From Callorhinchus milii (Eukaryota), in assembly GCF_018977255.1 (NCBI RefSeq), contig NW_024704742.1:119352001-119416000 (forward strand): DNA of 64,000 bases, written 5' to 3'. Under the pieces are notes generated by a model. That model did not search any database and was not told the origin of the DNA. It was given only the letters and a program-made list of their open reading frames with translations. The position numbers and the translations under genes are program-made. Positions 1 through 13,385 of the stretch are shown piece after piece. How positions within the stretch are numbered: the stretch's first letter is position 1; every line of letters starts with the position of its first letter.

Positions 1-261
1 AAGTAGGAACCCGGTTGTTAGTTGATTAGCAGATCCCTTTTCGGAGGGTAATAATCACTTCAAAAATACAATTAAAATAAAGAAATATAATTTGGTCACT
101 CAATCCGCGACTGTTTGTGGGACACAATTGGCTGCCGAGTTTCACCTACAAAATGAAGAGTCAATTCACTTTACAGTATATTCTGTGAAGTGCTTTGAGA
201 CGTCTCAAAGACGTGATTAGGCAATATATCAAATGCAAGGATTATTATGACTATTATTATT
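1..261 (+). mobile_element. tRNA-derived SINE (family A), 3' portion cut by the window edge
   Basis: Matches the body and tail of the full copies at 21581 and 35046 (ctgtttgtgggacac...gtgaagtgctttgagacgtc...tatcaaatgcaaggattattat). Confidence 0.85.
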
Positions 262-560
262 AAGACCCATTTCATGAGGTATTGATAAGCACTGAACCTG
301 TTGACATGAACATTCTAAAAGAAATGAAACAGCTGCTGCAATTCACAGTTTATTGTTTAGCAAACACATAGTTAATATATTTTTTTACCACAGGAAGGAT
401 ACTTTTAAATGAGGCTTTGCTTTTGATCACGAGGCACAAACTGCTCTCCATGTGACACATACAGTCTACAATCACGAATAGTACTATGTGATTCAATGAC
501 CACTATTTTAACAGTAGTTACTCTGTCTCTATTTGTGAAGGGAAAAGGGGGTGATATCAA

Positions 561-1090
561 CAATAACAACAACATTTATATAGATAAAGTCTCGGAGTGC
601 TTTCCGGGTGCGGGAGGGGGGCGGGATTGGATGCCAAATAAGGAAGAGGGGGAAGTGACAATAGATGAGGTTGAGGAAGTAGATTTTCAGGTGGGATTTA
701 AGGAAAAATAAGAGTTTGAGACAGAAGGATTGAGGCAGGGAATTCCAAAGATTAGGGGGGTCGTAGTGGCTGAAGGCACAGCCACCAATGGTGGCACAGA
801 GGAATCAAGGGGCCGCAACAGGCCTCTGCTAACTGAGCGAAGTGAGTGAGCAGAGGAGTGGGGTATGGGCAGGTCAGAGAGCTAGGGAGCTATTAGGGTG
901 TGAAGTGGTTTGTACGTGAGGGTGAGAATCTTGAAGTTGATCTGTTCAGAGACAAGAAGCCAGTGGAACCTAATGAGAATTGGAATGATGGGCATGTGGA
1001 GTTTGGCGTAGACGAGGATATGAGCAGCAGAGTTTTATATTAGCTGGATCTTGTGGATGGTGGAACTGGGGGAGACCAGTGAGGAGTGTG
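561..1090 (-). mobile_element. L2 LINE 3' fragment, decayed
   Basis: Begins with a (caa)n-like tail. Segments such as ggaattcca...ggctgaaggcacagccaccaatggtgg and agccagtgga align with the 3' part of the L2 at 59814-62460. Confidence 0.75.
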
Positions 1091-1864
1091 AGGACTGCAA
1101 TATCAAGAGAAATATGAATTGCAAAAAGCTGTGATTTTGATTTGAATCAATTTATACAAAATTTAATGGATGTCAGATTTCAGAACTTATCTGGAAGAAA
1201 TTACATATCTTTAGCTATCAATACTTTGTACATTTCTATAAAGTTCATGACTTTTTTGGGTGATGTGTTTGTGAGATCAACATATAAGAGGACATTAAAA
1301 ACATCTGTACTAATGTACTAATGGAATGCTTATTTTTGATGAAGATAGATCTTTGTAGTCTCCCATTGAAAATTAAACAGAACTTGCAACTGGTCATTTG
1401 TCCCTTTCACCTCAGTTAAAATCCAGTCAATATTGATAAGATGTGCTCTACAACAACAAAAAAATTACATTTGCATACTGGTTGTAAGATCCGATGTAAA
1501 ATAAGCTTGGGTACTTGCATGGTTTCATAAGACAAAACTGCTTTCATAATGTGACAATTTCAGAATGGTCCCTGTAGGAAATGGAAAACTCGAGTTTGTG
1601 CTTAGCAGAAGAAGGAACTTTACTCCTAATCTTATTTTCCATAATAGACCTGGGAACGCTTGATCTTGAAAGTGGGCGGTCAGCCAAGAGGGATGATTTT
1701 CAATGCTGAAAGGATGTCTGTGATCTGCATTGTTTTGCTGCAAAATGAATTTTTCAATGTTCTTCTAGCAAATGGCTGTGTTTCCAGATTGTAAATATTT
1801 CAAGATTGTTTCCATTTAGGGCAGAGTTAAAATTAATTCCATTACATTTAATACATAAACTGCG

Positions 1865-2200
1865 CTTACTATAGTGCCTATAATGTGAAAATTTCTCAGG
1901 CACTTACTTCATAAATAATTGCTGTGAAGTGAAGTAATATGTGTATTAATAGGAAAACATCGCAGCCAATTTGCACATCAGTGTCCCACAAACAGCTATG
2001 GAAAGTGAATGATTAATTTATGTGGGGATTGTTAGCCAAGACATCAGGAGAATCTCCCTTCTATTTCAAATAATGTCACAGCCTCTTTAATGTCTTCCTG
2101 AATAGGTAGTTGGGATTTTGGTTTAAAGTCTCATCTGAAGAACAGACACATCAAACAATGCAGAGCACTCCAGCACTGGAGTGTCAGCTAGACTGTGAGC
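1865..2200 (-). mobile_element. DeuSINE/SacSINE1-like SINE, decayed
   Basis: Contains gcagccaatttgcac...cccacaaacagc...tctttaatgtc...ggtttaaagtctcatctgaag, shared with the other copies in the window. Confidence 0.7.
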
Positions 2201-2229
2201 TCCACATGCCAATGTGGTGCTGACGGGAG

Positions 2230-3680
2230 CCAAGCAGGACACAGTCAGCCAGTCTCTCTTCTTCAGGCTCTGTCCCACTCCCCCTCAAAACCGCTACCAT
2301 CACTCCCCTCCTCAAAAAACCCACCCTTGATCCCTCTTACCTTACAAACTATCAACCCATTTCTAACTTTCTTTTCCTTGCTAAAGTTCTGGAACCACTG
2401 TTGCAAACCAACTTGGCTTCACTCCGTACTCGAGCCCCTCCAATCGGGTTTCCGCCCTGCCCACAGCAGAGAGATGGCACTTGTGACGCCCTCTCTGTCT
2501 GTGACTAGGGCTCCCTCTCCAGGCCTCCTTGTCCTCCTGGACCCGTCCACTGCATTTGATGCAGTCGATCATGTCGTCCTCCTCCACTATCTGTCATCCC
2601 TCATCCAGCTCAGTGGAAACACACTCTCCTGGTTTGAGTCCCACCTAACCAACCACCATCACTGCTAGTGGCTTTTACTCCCTCCCCACCTGGTCACCTG
2701 TGGCGTACCCCAAGGCTCCATCCTTCTGCCTTTTCCTTATTTACCAATATCATCCAGAGTCAACTTGTAAATGTATGCAGATGACATTCAAATCTACTTC
2801 TGCTTTACCTGCAACTCTATGTCAGCTGATGTCCTGTCAGCTTGCTTGTCAGAAGTGCAATTGAATGCTGACAAGACGGAAGCCATACGCCTTGGCTCCC
2901 GCCAATGTTTTCTCTCCTGTGGCTCTGACCTCCTCAACCTCAACCCCCTCAACCTCCCCAGCCTATCCCTCAGACTTACCAAACCTGTGCTTAACCTAGG
3001 GATCAGGTTCATTCTACAGCTGTCCTTCCTACCCGTTCCCTGACCAGGACAGCTTTCCTCTATCTTTGTCACATTACCTGCCTCTGACCATACCTCAATT
3101 GCTATGCAGCCGAAGCCCTCATCCATGCTTTTGTCACGTCCTGCCTCGATTATTCCAATGCCCTCCTCGCTGATCTCCCCAGCTCCACTATACACAAAAT
3201 TAAATTAATCCAAACTCTGCCACCAGGAATCTCACTCGCATCAAACTCCGTACCCCCATCACATCACGCCTTGTCTTCCACTGGCTCCTGATTACAGATC
3301 GACTTCAAGATCCTCATATTCATCTACAAATCGCTTCATGCCCTGACACCTCCCTGCTCTCCAACCTGCTTACTCTCCACTCCATTACCCGCCATCTCTG
3401 CTTGACTGACTACAGCCTCCTGCTTATCCTTTGTCCCCTCCGCTCCACCATTGGTGGCCATCCTTTCAGCCACTAGGCCCTGGAACTTTGAAAATCTCCA
3501 TCTCAATCCCTTCACGTTGTATCTCCTTTCCCATTTTCAGATCATGCCTGATGACCTTCCTCTTCAACCGTGCCTATGGTCACTTCCTTCCCGGCTTGGT
3601 GTCAGGCTCTGCCACTTTTAAGGGTTCTGAGACGCTACCCTTGTGAAGGGCGCTATAGAAATGCAAGTTGTTTTTGTTGC
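2230..3680 (+). mobile_element. L2 LINE, 5'-truncated, with decayed RT
   Basis: Translates to [32 protein letters not shown] and MYADDIQIY (non-LTR RT motifs) with frameshifts. Ends gtgaagggcgctatagaaatgcaagttgtttttgttg. Confidence 0.92.
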
Positions 3681-4469
3681 TAATGGAGACAGAATAGAAT
3701 TCTGTCGTGAAGTTATGGGGGTAATGTGAAGATCTGTTCACGCTCCTCATTAAAGGAAGCACTTGCCCTTTATAGCTTATTACATTGATCACACCTCAAA
3801 ACATTTCACAAGTAACTATAATAAAGTGCAGTGACTGTTTTTTGTTGGCAATCAGGACAGTTAATTACATCGTGAAGATTCCACAAACAGAATTGAGGTG
3901 TTATGTTCAAATTGTCTGGAGGATTATTGGGCAGGAAACCCAGAGAAACACTGTACCCTTTTCAATTAGTGTCAAGGGATCTTTAACATTAACACCAAAT
4001 GTTGCTGACACCAGTAAATCAGATCTAGGGCTAGGGTAACCCTGAGATGAACATTAGAACCAACATTGAAATGAAACAAACTAAAAGCTTGAAATTTGAT
4101 ATCAGACCAAGGTTAGGCCAACAAAATTGAAATATGCCCAGCTGGGGAAGGTTGTTTTTACAGATAAATCTGTCTGGGAACAAGAAATTGACATACTGTA
4201 TCTTTCAAAGGTCACAATAGTGGGAACTTTTGAGTTTTGAAGTTCACATGAGCTTATGCTAGATACAGTAGCTGAAATGCAATTATGATTTGAATAAGAT
4301 ATTGACAAGAAAGAAATAATGGACAGTAATTAATATGTAAAGGAAATCATTTGAAAATATTTTTAATAAAAGGAACAGCCTTGCCAATGTGATAATCTGA
4401 GTGGGGCTATAGATGCTTGAGGAATGGTCTATGATTTCACTATTTCGTCCTTAAATTTGATTATGGTAA

Positions 4470-5135
4470 CTAGGGGTCACAGTTCTAGCACTCGTGGCCA
4501 CAGTCTGAAGATTAAGGGACAGCCCTTTCGAACAGAGTTGAGGAAACACTTCTTCACTCAGAGGGTAGTGAATTTATGGAATTCTCTACCCCAGAAGGCT
4601 GTAGATGCTCAGTCCTTGAACATATTCAAGACTGAGATTGATAGGTTTCTAAAGGATAGAGGGATTAAGAGATATGGGGATAATGCAGGCAGATAATAAT
4701 GATAATAATAATCCTTGCATTTGATATAGCACTGTTCACGTCTTCTAGACGTCTCAAAGCACTTCACAGAATGGACTGTAAAGTGAATTGACTGTATATT
4801 TGTGGGCAAAATAAGGTAGCCAATTGCCTACAGCAGTGTCCCACAAACAGTCGTGGATTGAAATGACCAATTTATTATTTTTTTGAGGGATTATTACAAG
4901 GCGTGTGGAGTAAGGAAACTTGGCCAAAGTTTCACCCTGCCTGGAATCGAACCCAGGTCTCTCTCTTGCAAAGTGAGTGGTCTAACCACTGAGCTACAGG
5001 ACTCCACAGGATGGAACTACAGGGTGGAGGTAGGTTAGAAGATCAGCCATGATCTTATTGAATGGCCAGGCAGGCTTGAGGGGCTGAATGGTCTAGCCAT
5101 GCTCCTAATTCCTATGTTCCTATGTTCCTATGAAA
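4470..5135 (+). mobile_element. CR1 LINE 3' end interrupted by a SINE
   Basis: TRGHSLKIKGQPFRTELRKHFFTQRVVNLWNSLP is the typical CR1 ORF2 C-terminus. After the SINE the 3' UTR resumes (gatcagccatgatcttattgaatggc) and ends in (ttcctatg)3. Confidence 0.9.
4693..5004 (-). mobile_element. tRNA-derived SINE (family A), near full length, nested in CR1
   Basis: The reverse complement starts gagtcctgtagctcagtggttaga (A box), includes ggttcgattcc (B box) and ends with a (att)n tail. Confidence 0.9.
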
Positions 5136-6759
5136 TCCTTATATGTGATATAGTGCTTTTATTGTCAGGAAAATCTCTCAAAGCACTTCACGGGATTCAC
5201 TGTAAAAATGGAGCGACTGTAGGCAAACACAGCAGCACAATTGCACACAGCAATATCCAATTTTTGTCTATGTAAATGATGCCTTCTAGGGCTCGGAGAT
5301 TGGTAACCCAAAAATATAAGCAGATCTAATTTTCCTTGTAAACTTACACTGTACTCCAGCAATTAAATGCATTATTCTATCAGCATTCCAAAGAAAAGTG
5401 AACAGTGCTGGCCTCTTAGCCTGGATAAGAAGTGTACTGATTGCTACTGCATCAGAAGATACACTCATAAAAGCAAGTGAATCCACTCATTATAGCACAA
5501 CAAAATTGCAACACCACTTTTATTGATCTGCAACTCCGTCCTTCAACGATAATACATTTTCTCGTAATTTATGGTTCGTGAAGAAAGCCTCTTGGATCCC
5601 AAGTCATTTCCTTGTGTTTAAGGTTAATCCAACAAGCAATGAACTTTGGCATTGGAAACAAAGGAATGTTTTATCAAAGTCATTTTTTTTGTTGGGTCAG
5701 GACGTAAACTTTGGCTTAATTGATGTTATGATACCACTTTGATGATATGACTTATTAGACATATGCTTTTGAACTTTCTTTTTATCCTGTGCCAAAACAC
5801 ACATTTTGTCACTTAATAGAAAATAAAAAAAAGACACCAAAAGTGAGAGTTGGAGCCAGTTATGTGCCTTTAGTAAACACTGGAATCTACAGCAAAGTCA
5901 CACCAAGGCAATCATGCACAAATCAGGACCTGGATGTGCAGTATAAAGGCAATATCTTTAACATTTTGGTCATTATTACATATGTTACACATCTTAGTCA
6001 ACCAAAAACATATCCAAGACCTCTGAGCTCCTACATTTATTTGTACTAAAGCAGCTGATTTTATCAAGCTCTAGCTCTAGCTGTTGATAACTGACCTAAA
6101 AATAGGGTTTGGCAGATTTATTGATCAAAGTTAAGTATATGCTTGGAAAATGTTTTCTTTTCTAAAGGCACTGTAGGTTGCAGGATGCTTTACCCAGTGG
6201 GGGCTTTGGAGGCTGAGGGAGTTTCCTCCGATGTGAGTGACCTTGTCAGGCCTGGTCACAGCAGCTCCTCTAGAGAACCAACTGCAAAGCCCTGAGTGCA
6301 GCCCTGGTGAGACAGAGGCCTCAACTCGAGTTAAGAGACTTCAGAAGATTTCTCCCTGAGTATTGGAGACTCCAGCCACAGCACCATTCAGTTACTTCAA
6401 ATAAATAATAATAACAATCCTTACATTTCATAAAACAACTTTATTATATTATCAGGAATTCCACCTTGTTGGTGTCTCAGTCCGTCTCTTGTTGCAGGTG
6501 AAACATTGTCAAAATGAATGTGTCTAACGCTACCCATAGTGGCCATTGAGAAGGGAGTTTCTCCCAGTGTCCTTGCCAACAATCACCTGGATAAAAAAAT
6601 TATCAATCATTCATTTTCATAACAGAAGTCGAGAACACAGCCAGCAATTTTCTTTGCTTGAGGCAAAGTTCGACAAACGTTCGGAAAACCAAACACCAAC
6701 CTCAGGACAGTCTTTGCTGGTATTTAGTATTGCATTTTTTACCCAATTTGGCTTGTGCC

Positions 6760-6912
6760 AGTCTGTGCCTAATACTCTCTAGAATTAGGTAAGTAGGATG
6801 CATCCCTCACAATCCATGGGAATTTCCATGTGTTGTGGGAGATGTGTGGAATTTAGTTTGATTTGGATACTCTTAAACATAGTGATGGGTTTCTGCAATT
6901 GCAGTCACCTGG
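6760..6912 (+). mobile_element. Family X dispersed repeat, 3' fragment
   Basis: tgtgcctaatactctctagaattaggtaag...tttggatactcttaaacatagtgatgggtttctg matches the copy at 19270-19937. Confidence 0.7.
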
Positions 6913-7999
6913 TGACAAATTTATTTTTAATGGATCCCACTATTTCACAAGCATTTATGCCAAAGATGGTTTGTTAATTATGTGTTTTAAATCCCAAGCA
7001 AACAGCCTCAGTGACTATTTTCTCTATCATCATTGCTTTTTTTAACATAATATTGTAATGTCTTATTATATTAATATTACATTTATCTTAAAACATAAAA
7101 CTTGACTTTTACACTGGCAGCATGTCCAGCCAAACAATCCTCTGGGAGCTCAATAAAGGACAGATAAATATTGCTGGGGGTTTATATGTATTTATATAAA
7201 ATGTATATAAATATATATATATATGATATACATTTTTTATATTAGGAAGTTAATTCACATTTCCTCTCACAGTGCCAATTTAGCAGATTATTATCTAATT
7301 AGCATTTTCCACAACACTACATGTAAATGAAACAGTGTTAGATGTACTTAAAGTGCAAAATTTATTTCCAGAGAAAGAATCTACTCAGGATCTGGTCGAT
7401 AGCTTTGTCGAGTTAACAGCAACATTAGTCTTAAGGTCATATTTCCATTTGAACACTGGAGTGGTGTCTCATTCTAAGGAGGCAACACCTTTATTAACTG
7501 AATGCTTCTATTCAACGTTAACTGGTATAATTTTGGTGACAACAATTACTTTTCCTATTTGAAATAATCCCATTAAAGAATCCTGTGTTTCGCCTTCAAG
7601 ACCCCAGTAGTGAAGAGTGTGAAGTATTAGTAATGAATTTGCATGTGCTAACAGTAAAAAGCAGCTGGGTGTTAAAATATTTTAACTGCTTAAATCTATG
7701 CTTATAATATAAACACAGGAAATCATAAAAAATAGAAAATGGGGATTTTGAGACACACTAATTGGGAAGGAATGTAAAGTTGATTTAGAGATGGCGTAGA
7801 AAAAGGAGAAGGGAAGTCAAATGAGTTTACGCAGCTGCTGATATCAAAGATGGTGATAATAAATAATTTCTATTGAATGGACATTTGAAATGACTTCTAT
7901 TTCCTTTATGTTTTCTCAGCGGCAACCTAAATATATTACCGGTAAAGAAATGAATGGCTCTGTTCCTTAGAATTGGGCATAAGTCCCATTTTTAAAAAA

Positions 8000-8420
8000 A
8001 TCCTTACATTTAATATAGTTCCTTTCACTTGAGGAGGATGCCTCAAAGCGCTTCACAGGGTTTATTGTAAAATATATTTTGTAGGTGAATGCAGCAGACA
8101 TTTTGCAACCAGCCATATCTCACAAACACCCATGGAGTGAGTGATCAATCTTATTGGGGGATTGTTAACCAGGACATTGAGAGAAACGCCCTTCTCTTTT
8201 CGAATAATGCCATGGAATCTTTAATGTCCACCTGAACAGGCAGACGGGACCTTGATTTAACACCTCACCCAAAGGACGGAATCTCTGACAATGTAATGTA
8301 CCACCATCACTATATTGGAATGTCATCTTAGACTATATGACTTCAAGCCCCAAAGTGGAGCTTAAACATGCAACCTTCTGACTTGGATGCGAGAGTGCTA
8401 CCAACTGAGTCTGCTGACAC
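8000..8420 (-). mobile_element. DeuSINE/SacSINE1-like SINE, near full length
   Basis: tRNA-like head (reverse complement gtgtcagc...gttggtagcactctcgc), central gttaaa..caaggtcccgtctgcctgttcaggtggacattaaagattccatggca segment and L2-type tail. Confidence 0.85.
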
Positions 8421-8479
8421 CGAATTATTTCTTTATATGCACAACAATTATATAAAGGGCTGATGGGGGAGTGTTTCAT

Positions 8480-8870
8480 ATAGCCTATGGACCAGAAGCT
8501 CCATGGTTCCAATCCCAGCCCATGCTGAGTTTATATGTCTCAGCCAGGATTACATTGGGAAGGTAAGTTAACCTTGATCTTCCCAGGGTCAGGGAAGGGA
8601 AAACCAGTCATAGTTTCCTGCTCCTGTTCCTCCACAATACCTTCTTCTGGTAGTGGTGGTGGGGTGGGGGTGGCGGAGGGTGGTGTATCAGTCAGATAGG
8701 CAGGGGTTTGGTTCGGCTGTGACACCCTCTAGCGTTGAGTGCTCTGTTGACACTCATTGCCAAAGATTACATTTGAACAATGGACACTTAGGTGGGGCCT
8801 AGAGGGCAACTAGCACCCATGGAACCACACCCCAGCAAGAGGAGAACAGCCCAGGAGCACAGAAGGATAT
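8480..8870 (+). mobile_element. Ancient SINE-like repeat (family B)
   Basis: B-box-like ggttccaatccc, then tgctgagttt...tctcagcc, cctgctcctg and ccatggaaccacacccca. Homologous pieces lie at 15700-16190, 24780-24930 and 32395-32510. Confidence 0.55.
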
Positions 8871-9046
8871 GCCAGTGGTGAGAAAATTAGTAAAATAATT
8901 TTTAATAATTTTTTAGGAAATACTATCTCAGGATATAGTATATAATTTGAGACATGTCATTTCTATGGAACTACCAGGATGGTAGAAGGTGTACAAGATG
9001 AATCTTAGTCTTCCTTCATTAACAATTCATATGTTCTCATGTATGA

Positions 9047-9571
9047 CTAGCTACGCTTGCAACTAAAGGATCCAATATGGAATGTCGATTCATACACAGA
9101 CAGACATTTTATCTTTATCTATACTCATGTAGGAGGTCTCAGTGGGCGGACTTGACGCTTTAACAATGTAATTTTTTGTTGTTGCCGCGGCTGTGTTCTT
9201 TATTTTGCTCCCGCCGCTTGGTTACATCCGAACGCTGTGATGCAGGATGCCACAGTGCCACAGTCAGCCAGCATGGCCACCAAACTGCAGCATGTGTGTA
9301 CAATCGTAGGTGCTCTGTGACACACGATGCTACAGCACCACTTTGACTTGGCAGCCACCAGGTGTAATTGCAGCAAAAAATGTAAAACTGAATATAACTC
9401 ATGAACGATAGGAGATACCCAAAAACAAATATGCCCGTGTCACTCCCAGATCTAAGACCTTTCCAATGAGGTATAAATTAAGTCTCTACGTCAATCGGTT
9501 ATTGAGATCCTTTTTGAAGCACAGAGAGACATTGTAGTTTTATTAGTAAGAAGATTTATTAATATAGAAGA
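9047..9571 (-). mobile_element. Candidate non-autonomous Helitron-like element
   Basis: On the - strand it reads A|TCTTCTATATTAATAAATCTTCTTACTAATAAAAC...TGTCTCTCTG at the 5' end and ...GTAGCTAG|T at the 3' end (TC...CTAG inserted in an AT target). No clear subterminal hairpin. Confidence 0.4.
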
Positions 9572-9839
9572 TTGAAGGTGGAATACGAATTAAATAGACC
9601 TTGGTCTTTCTTTCGTCTAACATTTCTTATGCTCTTATTTTCTTATGTATGAGTTAGTGCAGGCTACACCTCTGTGAGGAGGAAAGAGAGGGACAATGAG
9701 GTGTCTTCCCCAGGGTGGACAGAGGAGGAGGAGGCAGCTGCTAAAATTCTTGCCCGCTCGCACCTGCCCTCACCCTAGGAACACCTCACTGCTTCATATC
9801 AAAACATCCCTTTTGAAGGTGCCATGTTGTGCAACAACA

Positions 9840-10295
9840 GCTCTCACTATCTTTCCTCCTCACCTCTTTAGTGCTAAGTGCTCCACCATCATCTCCTCTA
9901 CCATCCTGTCTCCACTCGTCCCTCTATGCCAGTTGGTCTGACCATGCCCCACTGATCACTAGCTCCTAGTCTTGGAATGCACATTTGTGGCACGGTCACC
10001 AGGTGAAACTGCAGCGTGTGTGTACATACGTAGGTGCTCTGTGACGCACAATGCAACAGCGCCACTTTGATCTGCCTTCCCTCCACACACCCAAGATGCT
10101 CCCATTTCTATTTCCCCATTCTTCACTACTCCACCTCGCTTAAGGCCTGTCTCAACATATACTTATTTGACTGCTTTCAATCATTTTTCCTCTCTCCATC
10201 CCATTTGACTTCTACCTCCCAGCTCAGATGCCTGAGCTGTGTTAAGTATTTTGAAACATCCCTTACATGAAAGGTGCCATATAAATGTAAATAGT
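9840..10295 (+). mobile_element. L2 3' fragment, decayed, interrupted at 9990-10070
   Basis: C-rich L2-like sequence ending catgaaaggtgccatataaatgtaaa. Confidence 0.55.
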
Positions 10296-10739
10296 ACTGC
10301 AAATTGTATTGTATTTTTTGTATCTTGCCCTCTGAGGTCCTTTGTTTGCCACTTGTCTGTCCATAGAACGATGCAAGAGATCGCTAACTTTCTCCAGTCA
10401 CAAAGGTAAGGTTCTTTAGTGCTATGGCAGACAAGTTATCAAGATGACTGGAAAAGCTGAGATATGATTAGGAATTCTCAATAAAACTCAACTCTACTTG
10501 TCTGCACTTTAATGTTCTTCAAAGTTTACGTAGGCTCAGTGAAGTAATACTATAACTACATTTGTCCTGCTGCACAAAAATAAATCTCTTGATCCTGGAC
10601 TCGGTGAAGGCCCAAGTCATTCAGCCAGGGAACAAGATGTGGGCGCCTTATTCCATGTCGAAATTCACCCTCTTCAAAGAGAGCCAACCAAGTTGTCAAC
10701 CTTTTGAACATTATGTCCAAGAGTTGCTAACACTTGTCA

Positions 10740-12010
10740 GATGTTCACTTTTTGAACACCTCCAGTCGGGTTTCTGTGCTGCCCATAGCACGGAAACCGC
10801 CCTGGTCAAGGTCACTAATGAGATCTTGACTATCTGCAACCAGGGCTCCCTCTGCCTCCTCGTCCTCCTCGACCTATTGGCCGCATTCGATACGGTCAAC
10901 CACTCTATCCTCCTCCACCACTTGTCCTCCCACCTCAACCTTCAAGGCCCTGCCCTTGAGTGGTTTAGGTCTTACCTCTCCCACCGTCTTCATTTTGTCT
11001 CCGCTAACGGCTTTTCCTCCAGCCCCCGCACTGTCTCGTGTGGTGTCCCTCAATGCTCTGTCCTCGGTCCCCTCCTCTTCACCCTCTATATGCTCCCCCT
11101 TGGTGACATCATCCGCAGACATGGGGTTAACTTCCACATGTATGCGAATGACACCCAACTCTACATTTCCTCTTGTACCCTCAACTCCACGACTACCGAT
11201 GTCCTGACAGCCTGCCTGTCCGACATCGAGTCCTGGACGAGAGACAACTTTCTTTAGCTGAACGGGCGCAAAACTGAGGCCCTCCACATCCGCGCCACAA
11301 CTGGCACCGCCTTCCACCACCTCCGGAACATCACCAGACTATGGCACTACCTCACCCCTCATGCTCCTGAAACACTAGTCCACGCCTTTATCACCTCAAG
11401 GCTGGACTATGGGAACTCTCTCCTCGCCGGCCTTCCCGGCACCTCCTTCCACAAGCTGCAGGTTATTCAGAACTCTGCAGCTCGTGTGCTGTCCCGCACC
11501 AGGCTTCGCGACCACATCACTCCCACCCTCGCTCGCCTCCACTGGCTCCCCATCCCCCAGAGGATCGAATTCAAGATCCTCATCCTCACTTAAAGGCCAT
11601 TCACGGCCTTGCTCCCTCCTACCTCTCTGACCTACTTTCCTCCTACTTACCTGCCCGTACCCTCCGTTCCTCTGGCTCCGGTCTGCTCCACATCCCCCGC
11701 CCCAACCGCCCTACCATTGGTGGCCGGGCCTTCAGCTTCTCAGCCCCTAGGCTCTGGAACTCCATCCCCCAGTGCCTTCACCTTGCGTCCTTCCTTTCCT
11801 CCTTCAAGGCTGGTCTCAAGACCTTTCTCTTTGACCGTGCCTTCAGCACCCTCTTGACTCTCTTCCCTCCTCACTACCTTCCTTCCCTCTCCTCACCCTG
11901 ACCATTTCCCCCCTCCTCAGGTCCTGACTTAGCTGTCCAGCGCCTTGGGACGTACTCCCGACATGAAAGGCGCTCTATAAATACAATCTTGTTGTTGTTG
12001 TTGTTGTTGT
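10740..12010 (+). mobile_element. L2 LINE, 5'-truncated, RT region with an internal deletion
   Basis: [40 protein letters not shown] and MYANDTQLY. Closely similar to the 59814-62460 copy. Ends gaaaggcgctctataaatacaatc(ttg)n. Confidence 0.95.
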
Positions 12011-12829
12011 CTATATGGTGCCAGGAACAGAAAAGCTGCTTCAGCTGTACCTCACTAATCAGTATCAATTGAAAGTGCCTGCATGCATTAGTAATGTTTC
12101 ACACAATACTCACTCTTTCTGCAGTCTCAGCTACCGTCTGGGCCAACTTCAGAACATGGACGCCTGTCGTTGTCTCAGGCTGCGCTCTGTCACTATTACT
12201 ACTTCATACAATATAATATACATATATACAGTGCTTTTCGTGCCACAGGGGCATCTGAAAGCACTTCACAATCTGAGATGGGCACCCGAGCTAGGGCGGG
12301 AATGGGGTGGGGGGAAGATGATTGAAAGCACAGTCAAAGAGATCTGGTTTGAGACATGCCTTGAAAGAAGGAGGGAGAGAAAAAATTGAAGGGGCTAAAG
12401 TTCCAGAGAGTACGAAAAGGTCCATCAGTTTCATTACCTTTCTCATATTTCCTGCCAGGTGGTAAGCAGTGATTGCTGACGTGGCACAATAAAATAAGCA
12501 GAGGTGGATATTCAATTACTGGGCCACCTCCACATCTATTCTTTAAATGTCAGTGGAGATGAAGTTAGTTCGAGGTCGGGGCTTTTCTGCACCACTAACT
12601 TAATTAAAGAAAACAAAGTCCATCTCTTCCTGAATATAACTGCAGTGATATTATCAGAGGGATAGGATTCTTGAGGTGAATTCAAGTGGCATTTAGTCAG
12701 GTGATGATGCTTATTATTATCCATGCTCCACTTACTTACATCAGGTGGTTATTCTGCCTTCTGCTTTCTACTGATGATGATAATGTTTCTGAGCTAAACA
12801 CTGCAGGAAGACTGACAATATTTCAATAT

Positions 12830-13035
12830 TATTTGAAGGCTATTAATGTAAGTGGGATTGAAAAAGTAAACCAGGAACAATATTTTTATTGCACCTAGAC
12901 AGTAGAACAAGAAGAAGTAGGTTTAGAGTTTCAGAGGGCAATTTCAGGACAGACATCAGGAAGTCTTTACCGCAGAGGGTAAAGAATAGGTTGCTTGTAA
13001 AGGCGGTGTGGCCAGGACACTGGACTCATTCAAAA
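12830..13035 (+). mobile_element. CR1 3' fragment, decayed
   Basis: gtaaaccaggaacaatattttt...agtagaacaag...ttcaggacagacatcaggaag...cagagggt is a CR1 C-terminal pattern. Confidence 0.6.
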
Positions 13036-13385
13036 ACACAGTGACTGTGTTTAGTGGGCAAACATGCCAGCCAATTTGCACACAGCAATGTCTCACAAAC
13101 AGCCATGACCAATTTTATTTGGGGGTTTGTTAGCCAGGACACCAGGAAAAACTCCCTTCTCATTTCAATTAGTGCCATAGGATTTTGACATCCACTTGAA
13201 CAAGTTCGATCCTTGGTTTAACATCTTATCTGAATGTCGGCACCTCCAACAATGCAGTACACCCTCAGCATTGAATTGGAGTTTCAGTTATATGAGTTAT
13301 ATGAGTTCCAAGTTCTGATGTGGGGGCATACACACAACCTTCTGACTCAAAGATGAGAGAGCGACTAACCGAGCCAGCCTGACAC
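13035..13385 (-). mobile_element. DeuSINE/SacSINE1-like SINE
   Basis: Same head and central segment as 8000-8420. Confidence 0.8.
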
